A DNA stretch of 64,000 nt, from NCBI GenBank assembly GCA_963796275.1, contig CAWCKY010000004.1, positions 64,001 to 128,000 of the forward strand, written 5' to 3'. Shown piece by piece: positions 53,392 through 64,000 of this stretch; position 1 is the first letter of the stretch, and each line of letters starts with the position of its first letter. The position numbers were made by a program, and so were the translations under genes. This DNA is from an uncultured Acidobacteriota bacterium (GTDB lineage: Bacteria > Acidobacteriota > Blastocatellia > RBC074). The notes under the pieces were generated by a model that was not told the DNA's origin, searched no databases, and saw only the letters and a list, made by a program, of their open reading frames with translations.

Positions 53392-54430
53392 ATGAGAGTT
53401 CTACTCACCGCGGTAATGTTTTTGTTTTGCGCAGTTTCAGCGTCTGCGCAGGAATACGCCTCACCGAACAGATCAAACGGGAAGTGATTGAAAAGGCGCT
53501 GGCGACTCTGCAAACGAATTACATATTTCCCGAGACGGCCCAAAAGATGGACGCCGCCATTCGTGAGCGTATGACTCGTGGCGAATATGACAAAATCAGC
53601 GATCCAAAAATGTTCGCCCAGGCATTGGAAGATCATCTACGGGAAATCAGCCACGACAAACACTTACTCATCTACTATCGAAAAGATAGCATTCCCGTGA
53701 ACGCCAACACGTCTCCTTCACGGATAGGAGGATTGGAGGGGCTCGCGAGAGAGAATTTCGGATTTGCAAAAGTGGAACTTTTGGAGGGGAATGTCGGGTA
53801 TCTGGAACTTCGCAAGTTTGCGCCTCCTGAAATGGCGGTTGAAACCGCTGCCGCCGCGATGAATTTTCTGGCCAACACCGACGCGCTAATTATCGATCTA
53901 CGACAGAATGGCGGCGGATATCCACCAATGGTAGCTTTGTTATGCAGTTATTTCTTCGATCAGCCCACTCATCTTTCCTCCCTGTATTGGCGGCCGGAAA
54001 ATTTGAAGCGGGAATTTCGAACATCGGAAACAGTACTCGGGAACGATACGGCGCCAAGCCTATATACCTGCTGACAAGCAAAGAAACGTTATCCGCCGCG
54101 GAACTGCTCGCCTTTGTTCTTAAACACATGAAAAGCGCCGTAATCGTCGGTGAGACAACCGGCGGGGGCGCGAACGGCGCAAGGCTTCGACGCCTGAATG
54201 ATCATTTCGGAATGCTTACGCCAGAAGGGCAAACCATTCTTCCATTCGCCAAAACCAATTGGGAGGGAACAGGAGTGCCGGCGGATTCAGCCGTCCCTGC
54301 GAGTGATGCCCTGCGCACCGCTCATCTGAAAGCTGTACGAAATTTGATGGAGCAAGCCCCGGATCAAACCCGCAAAACGGCGCTTCAGGACATACTGAAG
54401 AAGCTGGAGCCGGCGCCCTCAATAAAATGA
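53392..54430 (+). pseudogene. S41 family peptidase, two frameshifts (~53455, ~54045)
   Basis: GGAGG+ATG signal peptide, DKHL, GNVGYL, IIDLRQNGGG, TLSAAE, VGETTGGGA, WEGTGV. Confidence 0.88.
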
Positions 54431-54544
54431 ATATCAACCACGAAGAGAACAAGTGCGCGAAGATTGTTTTTATTCACTCTTCACGCTCTTCGTCTCTGTG
54501 TTATTGAATATCTCTCGAACCATTGTGATGAGCTTCTGAATGAA

Positions 54545-55040
54545 CTACTCCGATTTCACCAGCTCAGCCTGTTGCGCTGATTCTTCCTCCAATTTGTCTT
54601 CGCGTTGTTTCTCCTGCCGCCGATAACGTTGGCGGTCGGCTTCAGTATCGGGCAATAATTTCTCCAGGACGCGGGCTATCGTCGGAAGGAAACCGGTCAC
54701 CACCACGACACCAACGAGGTTAAATAACAATTGGGTGTTAGCTATCTGACGCCCCACGCTCGGGCCGGAGACGGTCTGCGCGAGCCCGGCCGATTGCGGA
54801 GCGAAGGCGATACCGATCAGGGCGCAGCAGATGTTAAACACGAGATGGAAAACGCCTGTGCGCAACGCCGGGCGGCCACGTCCGATAGTAGCCACCAGTG
54901 TGTCGTATGTATCGGCGCAAGTGCCGACTTCGGCCCCAAGCATCAACGCAATGTCGGTTGGTAGGGTAATCAGTCCCGCCCCTGCCATCGTAATCACGAT
55001 CGCAGCGGTTGCCGAGGAAGACTGGACACTATAGTATCCC
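54545..55040 (-). pseudogene. Na/Pi cotransporter family C-terminal fragment
   Basis: VQSSSAT, MLGAEVGT, HLVFN, RQIAN..LFN; 5' half missing. Confidence 0.8.
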
Positions 55041-55062
55041 AACACGGAACGATATCCTCAGC

Positions 55063-55615
55063 TCAGACAGGAAACGCCAGATGTGTGAGCCGGGCGATCA
55101 GGGCAGCCAGATAACTCCGCAATTCTTCAGTTGAGACGCCGCCTGGTGGGACCAAGTCGTCGCCCAGTTCAATCTGGTTAAGAACCCATGCCAATTGGGC
55201 AGATGTCAATCCACTGTCCTTCAAGGCAGCCGCTGCCAGCGCTTCCTCTATCCTGTAACCGGCCAGTTCGAGTGCACGAGTATCCACCAAGTCACGTACC
55301 TCCGACCGTGATAACAGCGTACAAAGCTTATTGGCCAAAATCTCCTCCGGCGGATCCACACGGATGCCGCTTATGACAAGCTTTTCAGGCAGGCGCTGTG
55401 TGACCCGCTCGCGTACCAGATCAACAACGACAGCTCCCGCACCACGCCGCAACAAGACGCGACGGAAATCCGGGGACGTTTGAACCGGTTCGAGTGTCGC
55501 ACCCATTTCGCGCGCAACCTCGACTACAACCGCGTATCCGTCTGCCATCGTATCCTCAAGTGTAAATAGATACTTAGATCGTGCGTCTCCCGATGCCCCC
55601 AGATGAAAACCACCG
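55063..55615 (-). pseudogene. AbiEii/AbiGii-like nucleotidyltransferase, 5' truncated
   Basis: Degenerate GFHLG(HRETHDL)..LFT; EEILANKLCTLLSRSEVRDLVD. Confidence 0.75.
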
Positions 55616-55688
55616 TTCGGACATCGCCCCGTCGGAGATGGCGTCAGGATAGGTAACGATGGGATGATCGATGGAGCGACGATAACAT

Positions 55689-58600
55689 TCACACACGGTT
55701 ACCGAATCGGGTCTGTTCATGCACCTTGATCTTCTGAAGTGGTAGCAGATCCATGACATCACAGAACAGTGCCCGGTCCTTCCAGTCATCTCTGTCGCCG
55801 ATCACATAGAATCGCCGCTTGGCTCGCGTTGCCGCCACGTTCAGAAGGTTCGGCTCCGAAACAGCCCATTCGCGTGCTCCATATCCCTTGGTATTGCCAC
55901 CTAGCACCAAGATGACGACCGGAGCTTCCTTTCCCTGCATCTTGTGGATCGTGCCGGACACCATCTCGCTGCGCAGCATTCGCTCGAGGTTCTGCAGGAC
56001 AGCCTTGAAGGGCGTTATGACTGAAATGTCTTTGGCCTCCACACCATCTTCATGCAACAAGGCCAGTAATTTCTGCAAGACCTGGCCTTCGGCAGGCACC
56101 CAATTCCCTTCAGACTTACCACTGGTATGTATCCACCCCGTCGGCAGACTGGCGCGTGTTTCTTTGTCGGGGTGAGGTACAAGCGTTCCATACACCATCT
56201 TCTCGTCATAAGCGATGCGGTTGGCCAGATCGTACATGGGTTTGTCGCAACGACGGTGTACGACCAGCGGCAATCCTACCCAGGTCTTCTTATTAGCCGG
56301 TCCTGCCATGCGTCCCCACGGAGTAGCTTCGTCGGCCAGCGTCTGCGCGGATTGCCGATTGGGGAGCCAATGTGTATCGACATCATAGCGCATGCGCATG
56401 TGTTCCAACACCGCGTCGGATATGTTGACGATAGGCTTGAGTTGCAATGGATCACCTACCAGCAACGCACGTTGAGACCGCCATAGTGCGCCCACCGTCG
56501 CTTGTGGGGGAGCTTGGCCGGCCTCATCTACAAGCAGCCAACCGATCTCGCTGTCTCCTAAAGAGCCGAACGAGCGAGCAAACGACGCGAAGGTACTGCT
56601 CAATACCGGAACGACCATAAACAGCGAAGCCCAGGCCGAACGGATGGCGTCGCGTGAAAGACCTTCGAAGCGCTTGCCGGTCAACAGGCCGTTGATCAAG
56701 TTCAAGTTGGAGCGCATCCGTTTCGGTTCCAGCTCGAAGAACGTTTGATGCAGCTTCAGCGCCTTAATGAAGACGCGCGAGCGTGCTTGTCTCCATCCTT
56801 CGATACGCCAAGGCTCGGTCAGCTCAATGGCATGGCCGCGACCGATGGTATCGCCTTGCAGCCAAGCGAGCAGGTGATCGGCGTGGCAGGCGCTTGCTAG
56901 GCTGGTGGCGTTCTGCGCTAGGGCTCGGCTTTGATCCTGCAATTGCTGCAGTGCTCGGCGCGCGTCGGCGATCTGTATATCCCAGCTCTTCCTTGATGTG
57001 TCGAGTTGCTCGGTGAGGCGCACTATCCGCGCGAACTGGGCTTTAGCCAGATCACGTTGACCTTCTAGCAGTTCCCGCGTTGTGTTCCAGTCGCGCTGAG
57101 TCCTCCACAGACTGAACAAATTCGCCCAGAAACCCGGCTTACGCACTTGGTGCTGCCCAAGTGCGTCCAGGCACTGCTTGAGCTCCGTGTTGGCGGGGTG
57201 ACTTTCCTCGGTATCCAGGCGCGAGAGCTGTTTTAACGCGTCGGCTATCTTCTGTTCGAGTGTGCGAAGTTCTTCGGACTTGTCGGCGATCGACCTCCTG
57301 GTCTGGCAGATTGCCTGGATTAACTCTCGGATGTGGCTGGCGTCGGCGCACGCATTGCGCGCTTCATCCTTGGCCGCCTTGTAATCGGAGACGGCTTGCT
57401 GCCACAAGTCTTGGCGTTCCTTCGAAGTGCGACCCTCGTTGAGCTTGGCTTGCGCGTTGAGCCACCCCAGGAAGCCGTTTGGGCCTTTCTCTTTCTCGGG
57501 TGGTGCATCGTCGTCGTGATCGCCGCTGCCGTCATCACTCTCCGCAATGGTGAAAGGGCTGGAGATGATTTCCTCATCAGACTCGGCATCGGTATCGGTA
57601 TCGGTATCGTCTACAGCTTCCGAGTCTGGGCGTTGTCCAAAGAAGTAGCGATTTACGAAGTTGGTCCGTCGAGCCTTGCTACCCAATGCACCGGAAATCA
57701 GTCCCCAAGCCGGTTTGCCGCTGATCAGTTCCCCCAATTCGGCGAAATACTCTGCTTCGGGCAGCCAACTCTCGTCGATCTTGTCACGCTGAGGCAATTC
57801 GAGCGTGACGTTCTCCACGGCGCCGTTATTGGACGAAGCGACCACGATCTCGAAACCATACAGCGCCGGGTTAAGCTTGAAGCTAGACCGCTCCTCGCCG
57901 TCGTCGTTGACAGCTTCGCGTCCGTTGTTCACGAACCCTTCGGAGGCACGGCGCAGTTTGGCAAGCGCATCGGCCCGGCTGGCAATAATGGCGGCAATCA
58001 AGTCGCGCAGCAGTGTCGTCTTCCCCGTACCTGGCGGGCCATTGACGCCCAGCAGGCCCTGGCTATTGGCAAGGGTGGACAGGATCGTATTGACGGCCAG
58101 TTGCTGGGAATGCACGAGCCCCAGATGCCGCTCTGTGGGCCAGCAACTATCTGCGAAGGCATCCGGCATCAGGCGGCCGATCAGCGGCAGCGACGCGCGG
58201 TCGTCGTCCACGTGCAGGCGCGGTTGGGGATCGTGTCGGCGCAGATACTGATTGAATGGTTCGCTTTTCACGCCCTTGCCGATGCTGTCGGCGACATCGG
58301 CAAGATCGTTGAGCAAGAAGCTGTTGAGCGGATCATCTTCCGATTCCGGCTTGTCAGGCCTGATAGGTTGGGAGCGGAAGCGAAAACTATGGCGACCCAT
58401 GTCGCCAAAAAAGCCCGTCACGCCGAGGAACTGGAGAACCCATTGGGTTAGTTCACGGAGAGCGTCGCCGGACACCTCACCTGTGAGCAATGTTTGCGCC
58501 TGATCGCTGATGGCCCTCTGATCGTTCTCGAATCCTCTGGTCCAATCCTTCCCGGTCAACACCCGGCCAAGGAACCACGCTTCACTAGAAAGTACGAAAC

Positions 58601-58952
58601 TGTCATCGACCATCTTGCCTGCCATGGTGAACTTCGCCGCGAATAGGGCCGATTCGCGGGACTGCGGCTCTCGATAGCCATGATCGGCCCCATAGACTTC
58701 CTTGAGCTTTTCGGCAATGAGCCGGCTGTCATACAGGTGGGCATACAGCGTGTGGCTCCAAACGCGCTTCTTGGGCAAACCCTGTTTGTTGACGACGCTT
58801 TCTGGTGCCCAAGGAAGAATGGGATGATTGATTGGCGTGTCATGAATGAACGCCTCGTATAGGCTGCTGCGCTTCTTCCGTTTGGGCGCTGACTGTGGTT
58901 GCAGCAACTCGACTGCATGCCAATATCGGACGATGCTTTCTTGTTCCGTCAA
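55689..58952 (-). CDS. SF1 (DNA2/NAM7-like) helicase, AAA_11/AAA_12 type
   Basis: SQQLAVN, VNGPPGTGKTT, ASSNNGAVEN, VDEAGQ, VGDPLQL, HRRC, VITPF, QGKE, NVAATRAK; GGGGAG RBS before TTG. Confidence 0.9.
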   Translation of the reverse strand: MTEQESIVRYWHAVELLQPQSAPKRKKRSSLYEAFIHDTPINHPILPWAPESVVNKQGLPKKRVWSHTLYAHLYDSRLIAEKLKEVYGADHGYREPQSRESALFAAKFTMAGKMVDDSFVLSSEAWFLGRVLTGKDWTRGFENDQRAISDQAQTLLTGEVSGDALRELTQWVLQFLGVTGFFGDMGRHSFRFRSQPIRPDKPESEDDPLNSFLLNDLADVADSIGKGVKSEPFNQYLRRHDPQPRLHVDDDRASLPLIGRLMPDAFADSCWPTERHLGLVHSQQLAVNTILSTLANSQGLLGVNGPPGTGKTTLLRDLIAAIIASRADALAKLRRASEGFVNNGREAVNDDGEERSSFKLNPALYGFEIVVASSNNGAVENVTLELPQRDKIDESWLPEAEYFAELGELISGKPAWGLISGALGSKARRTNFVNRYFFGQRPDSEAVDDTDTDTDAESDEEIISSPFTIAESDDGSGDHDDDAPPEKEKGPNGFLGWLNAQAKLNEGRTSKERQDLWQQAVSDYKAAKDEARNACADASHIRELIQAICQTRRSIADKSEELRTLEQKIADALKQLSRLDTEESHPANTELKQCLDALGQHQVRKPGFWANLFSLWRTQRDWNTTRELLEGQRDLAKAQFARIVRLTEQLDTSRKSWDIQIADARRALQQLQDQSRALAQNATSLASACHADHLLAWLQGDTIGRGHAIELTEPWRIEGWRQARSRVFIKALKLHQTFFELEPKRMRSNLNLINGLLTGKRFEGLSRDAIRSAWASLFMVVPVLSSTFASFARSFGSLGDSEIGWLLVDEAGQAPPQATVGALWRSQRALLVGDPLQLKPIVNISDAVLEHMRMRYDVDTHWLPNRQSAQTLADEATPWGRMAGPANKKTWVGLPLVVHRRCDKPMYDLANRIAYDEKMVYGTLVPHPDKETRASLPTGWIHTSGKSEGNWVPAEGQVLQKLLALLHEDGVEAKDISVITPFKAVLQNLERMLRSEMVSGTIHKMQGKEAPVVILVLGGNTKGYGAREWAVSEPNLLNVAATRAKRRFYVIGDRDDWKDRALFCDVMDLLPLQKIKVHEQTRFGNRV

Positions 58953-59767
58953 ATTTCTCCCCCCTCAATGGCCAATCTGATCCGTCCCCGTCGGAGACTA
59001 ATTGCTGATCGCGGCAATGGACTTTTCCGCCCCAAGATGGTCCGATGCCCGATGCCGTCTATGGCCTGCTTTCTTTGCGGCTTCTCGCGTTCGGGCTCCT
59101 CCACCTTTCATTCTTCGGTGTCGACTCTCATCTACTTTCCTTCTTTCCACTCCGCTCTCCGGCTCATCGTTTGACTCGCCATTTCTCCTTCTACCTTTTC
59201 AATTTTTCGCTCTACTTACTGAAGACAAGGTTTTGAGCCGCAGCACGGTAATCTTCTTCTTCTCCTATAGATACTCACCCCCGGAGCAACTTCTCCTCAA
59301 TTTGTCCTGCCAGATTTTCTCGATCAGAGTTTCGACATCGGAAAGAACTGATTTTCGGGATATTGTCATCGGATTCGGCTATTCCAATCACACAGCCATT
59401 CTGTGAGGCACGATTGCAGGCCGGTTTTTATCATATTTGGCGCATAGTTACCACCTTTAATTGATGATATCTACAGCTGCCAGAGGTTGCATTCGCCCTC
59501 GGCTATTTGACGCCTGGTGTGAAGAATCGCAAAAGATTCTGGAGGATTGGTGGCATGGCAATCGCGTTACATCATCGTCCCCCCCCAGTTGGTCACCGAG
59601 TTCAATACGCTCCAGAAAATTAGAACAAGAAAGTTACGTCGTAAGGTGCAGAATGCTTTGAATCGGCTCCAAACCAAATTGGAGCGCACGAAATACAATT
59701 GTGAGCCGGTTCAGTGTGCTCTCTGTCGTCGCCAGGTTCGGTCTATACTTTTTAAGAAAGGATCAGC

Positions 59768-60086
59768 ATGATGACATCGAATTATGAACAGATTATCTCA
59801 GGCGTTGAAGCTACCGGCAGCTGAGCGGAAACGCTTGATCGATGCGCTCTCCACTGAGTTGGGTAGAGAATCCCCGGAAAAATTCCCGATCGGCACCAGG
59901 AGATGCACTGGCTAACTGAACATCGTCATGAATACGCCGGAAGTGGGTCGTGATTGAAGGAGATCAACTTATATCTCATGGAGAAAATGCGCAAGTGGCG
60001 CATCAAATGGCGCTACAGGCGGGTGTATCCGTTCCTTTTTGGTGCATGTCGAGCCTCAAGCTCAGCTACCTTTCGGGGGGTGGTAA
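59768..60086 (+). pseudogene. DUF5678-like small protein, frameshifted
   Basis: EMHWLTEHRHEYA(G)KWVVIEGDQLISHG..ALQAGV..PF across frames. Confidence 0.6.
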
Positions 60087-60087
60087 A

Positions 60088-60400
60088 TTGGCGCATAAGC
60101 TTATCTTTTCCGCGCTCCACCGATACGACCCAGCGCAAGATGGGATCGATCCCCCGATTAGGCTGAGCATCGGTGAAAAGATTATCGACCTGGTCGCCAA
60201 AGTGGATACCGGAGCGAGCTGCTGTATATTCAAGCGGTAATATGGTGAGTTGCTCGGTTTGGACATCGAGACTGAATCGGAAAAGAGATTCAGCACGGCC
60301 ACTGGCCCTTTTGATACGTATGGACATGAAGTTAGGATGGTCATTCTGGGCGTCGAAGCTGAGCGGATGGTAATCGAGGTCGAGGACTCGTATCAGGACG
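60088..60400 (+). pseudogene. Retropepsin-like aspartyl protease with internal stop
   Basis: [30 protein letters not shown]. Confidence 0.65.
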
Positions 60401-60738
60401 TCTTTCGTTACATGAAACTATGCCGTTTAATGCATACCATCCTGCGGCGCGAGCGTGGTTACCGATCGAACTTGATGGACCGCTGTCACTCCTTCAAGGA
60501 AGTATCCGCTATGGTGTGAAGATGGCCGTCTTTCTTCCAGCGCTCGCGCTCTGTCGCGCCTGGCGGATGGAAGTCCGACCATGCCGCGGCTGGCTGGATG
60601 CGTGGAGTCTTATGCTTCATCAGCAAAACGGGGGCTCGATTCGGGAGTCCGCGAGAATTCTAATTGCCGCTGATCAGATCAGATCAGTCCTCCCCGTTGG
60701 TGTTCTTGCATTTGCAATACCCGTAGTACAATAGTTGA

Positions 60739-61062
60739 ATGGAACAAGAGATTCTGAATATTCCCATTCCTTCAAACATAGCCGAGATACTGCAGAGCAT
60801 CAGTGGCACGCCGCTCGACCGTCAAATACTGGAACTTGCCGCCATTCAAGCGTACGAATCTGAACTCATTACCGAACGTCATGTGATGAAGATGCTTGGA
60901 TTCGAGAGCCGTGAAGAACTCTACGCCCTTTTCAAGGCTTACGGTTTACAGGACCAAAGCTTCACGATGGAGGAGCTTGTGAGAGGAGAGGGGGATATCC
61001 GCGGCGCTCTCTGTGACATACATGCGCACACATGCGTTAGTGGGCCCGCGGATCATTCATAA
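60739..61062 (+). CDS. UPF0175-like (antitoxin-type) protein
   Basis: IPSNIAE..RQILELAAIQAY..IT..V.KMLGFESR; the 3' end may be altered. Confidence 0.55.
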   Translation: MEQEILNIPIPSNIAEILQSISGTPLDRQILELAAIQAYESELITERHVMKMLGFESREELYALFKAYGLQDQSFTMEELVRGEGDIRGALCDIHAHTCVSGPADHS

Positions 61063-61227
61063 TAATAACGCGGTACCTTCGGTATCGCCAGGTGAGCATC
61101 TCCAAGCTCGTCTGCCGGTCCTTTCTTCAATTGTATGGATAGAGGTGATGTGGGGACCGAAGGATGAATAGACACCATGACAACAGGTAGCCTCGTAAAC
61201 TTAAACGTTACAACTATTTACAAAAAT

Positions 61228-61311
<84 letters not shown>

Positions 61312-61343
61312 TCTCATAATTACATCTGCTAAAGCCAATTTTA

Positions 61344-61736
61344 TTATTTCGTCTCCGGTGATGCCACCGGACTCGCTGAGGGTGCCGGAGATACTGCCGG
61401 TGCTGTGCCGCTTACCGGCGAAGCAGCAGGCGAACCCGCCGGACTGGGCGAGGGCGATGGCTGCGTAGCTGCGCCGCTATCGCGTACAACTGAACTCGGC
61501 CCCATTATTCCAGGTAACGAGAAAAGCAGCGCCAGTAACATAAAGAGCACTGCCGCTACTATAGTTGCTTTTTCTAGTGGCTTCTGCGCGCCTCGTGGCC
61601 CGAAAGCAGTCTGACTCCCAGACCCTCCGAACGCCGCAGCAACATCTCCTCCCTTTCCTGACTGTAACAAGACAACCAGAATCAGAAAGAGGCAATCCAC
61701 TATGAATATTCCAAATAATATGTACTTTAAAATCAA
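61344..61736 (-). CDS. secG: Preprotein translocase subunit SecG
   Basis: [29 protein letters not shown]; tpiA-secG-tRNA-Leu synteny. Confidence 0.95.
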   Translation of the reverse strand: MILKYILFGIFIVDCLFLILVVLLQSGKGGDVAAAFGGSGSQTAFGPRGAQKPLEKATIVAAVLFMLLALLFSLPGIMGPSSVVRDSGAATQPSPSPSPAGSPAASPVSGTAPAVSPAPSASPVASPETK

Positions 61737-61767
61737 CGCTGACTACCTGCCAATATTACAAAGTAAC

Positions 61768-62526
<759 letters not shown>

Positions 62527-62544
62527 AAATCTATTCCAACTTTG

Positions 62545-63735
62545 TTACTTTTCAGTCAGGGCTGCCACACCGGGAAGCGTGTCGCCCGCCAACAATTCCA
62601 ACGTCGCGCCGCCGCCGGTCGAGATATGTGTGACCTTGCCGGCGAATCCCGATTCCTGAATCGCTGCAACGCTGTCGCCGCCACCTATGATCGAGGTCGC
62701 ATTACTCCTCTCGGTGGTTTCCGCTATCGCTCGAGCGACTGCGCGTGTCCCACGATCGAAAGGCGCTTTCTCGAATATTCCCATAGGACCGTTCCAGATG
62801 ATCGTCTGCGCCTTGGCAATGATCTCAGCGTAAACCTTCTGAGTCTCGGGCCCGATATCGAGCGCCACGAGGTTTGCCGGAATCTCCAAAACATTCTTGG
62901 CATTGGCGCCATCATCCGGATTTGACGCGACGACGTGGTCGACTGGCAACTGCAAAACAACATTTCGTTCCCTCGCCATCGTTTCGAGTTTCTTCGCCAG
63001 GTCCGTCTTTTCCAATTCGACGAGCGATTTGCCGATCTCGAGCCCGCGGGCTTTCAAGAAGGTGTATGCCATGGCGCCGCCTATCAGGACGGCGTCAGCG
63101 GATTTCAGGAGGTTTTCGATAACCTGGATCTTATCGGAGACTTTCGCTCCCCCCAGGATCACGACGAACGGACGCCGGGGATTGCTCAGAGCACCGATCA
63201 GATAGCGCAGCTCTTTCTCCATCAAGAACCCCGCAGCTGACTGCTCGACATATTTCGTGATTCCTTCGGTCGAAGCATGTGCGCGGTGAGCCGTTCCAAA
63301 CGCATCATTGACATAAACGTCGCATAATGCTGCGAGTTTTTCGGCAAACCCGGGATCGTTCTCCTCTTCCTCGGGATAAAAGCGCAGGTTTTCAAGAAGA
63401 GTAATATCGCCGTCCTTCATTTCATTGACGATCTTCGCAGCATCCTCGCCTATGCAGTCCCCGGCGAATGCGACGGGCCTGCCAATAAGCTTCTCCAGAT
63501 GCTGGGCTACCGGCTTAAGCGAGTACTTGGGATTGCGCTTTCCTTTCGGACGTCCCAGGTGGGAGGCCAGAATCACACGCGCACCTTTATCCACCGAGTA
63601 CTGAATCGTCGGGATCGCCGAAGTGATGCGCGTATCATCGGCCACTTGGTTATTTTCCAGAGGCACATTGAAATCGACGCGTATGAAAACCCTTCTTCCT
63701 GCAAGATCAAGATCACGTATTGAGAGCTTGGACAT
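62545..63735 (-). CDS. pgk: Phosphoglycerate kinase
   Basis: [45 protein letters not shown]. Confidence 0.99.
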   Translation of the reverse strand: MSKLSIRDLDLAGRRVFIRVDFNVPLENNQVADDTRITSAIPTIQYSVDKGARVILASHLGRPKGKRNPKYSLKPVAQHLEKLIGRPVAFAGDCIGEDAAKIVNEMKDGDITLLENLRFYPEEEENDPGFAEKLAALCDVYVNDAFGTAHRAHASTEGITKYVEQSAAGFLMEKELRYLIGALSNPRRPFVVILGGAKVSDKIQVIENLLKSADAVLIGGAMAYTFLKARGLEIGKSLVELEKTDLAKKLETMARERNVVLQLPVDHVVASNPDDGANAKNVLEIPANLVALDIGPETQKVYAEIIAKAQTIIWNGPMGIFEKAPFDRGTRAVARAIAETTERSNATSIIGGGDSVAAIQESGFAGKVTHISTGGGATLELLAGDTLPGVAALTEK

Positions 63736-64000
63736 GGTAATTCAAAAGATCCTCTTTGAAAGTGTATCTCCGAACAGGACGAGTTCGGACAGCTGAATTT
63801 CGCAGAATAATCCTCGATAGGACTGAAGTAAGGTGCAAGCTATCATAATATGCCGGAGTCAGTAAAGTACGCCAGAACAGGCCCTTTTCTCACGGCGGCA
63901 ATCACGTTCATTTCTCCAGTTTTGACGCAAGGACTCGTCCGATCTGAGCGGACAATTCACGATTCGTAAGCATGTCTCGGTGCCGGCCCGCAACCGGGTG

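Noticed and set aside
55689-55692. GTGA overlap suggesting a helicase-AbiEii operon
   Set aside because: The first ~27 codons of that ORF do not resemble AbiEii and its catalytic motif is scrambled; better explained as a truncation.

Overview
About 61 kb of heavily mosaic, partly decayed accessory DNA lies immediately downstream of the 3' end of a tRNA-Leu(GAG), which follows the core genes pgk-tpiA-secG at the right edge. The host is probably an Acidobacteriota (Blastocatellia-like) genome; this is an inference from the ADOP-type ABC permease, the XRE family and the DUF5678/aspartyl-protease pair. The accessory region holds: secreted or periplasmic enzymes (Gfo/Idh/MocA, serine hydrolase, PL1-like pectate lyase, cytochrome c-PQQ dehydrogenase, GMC oxidoreductase, dienelactone hydrolase, S41 peptidase); two Rhs toxin/immunity loci with zincin-like tips; a four-gene IS21 element; two different truncated tnpB genes sharing one end hairpin; IS3, IS481 and group II intron remnants; an orphan integron-type cassette; an XRE / sensor-less sigma54-activator divergent switch with paired operators; two tandem 7-bladed FG-GAP proteins with constant ends and variable blades inside a 102-bp direct repeat; and an SF1 helicase bounded by 12-bp direct repeats. 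Many accessory genes carry single-base frameshifts while the core genes are intact. All calls come from motif recognition by eye; no database search was run.
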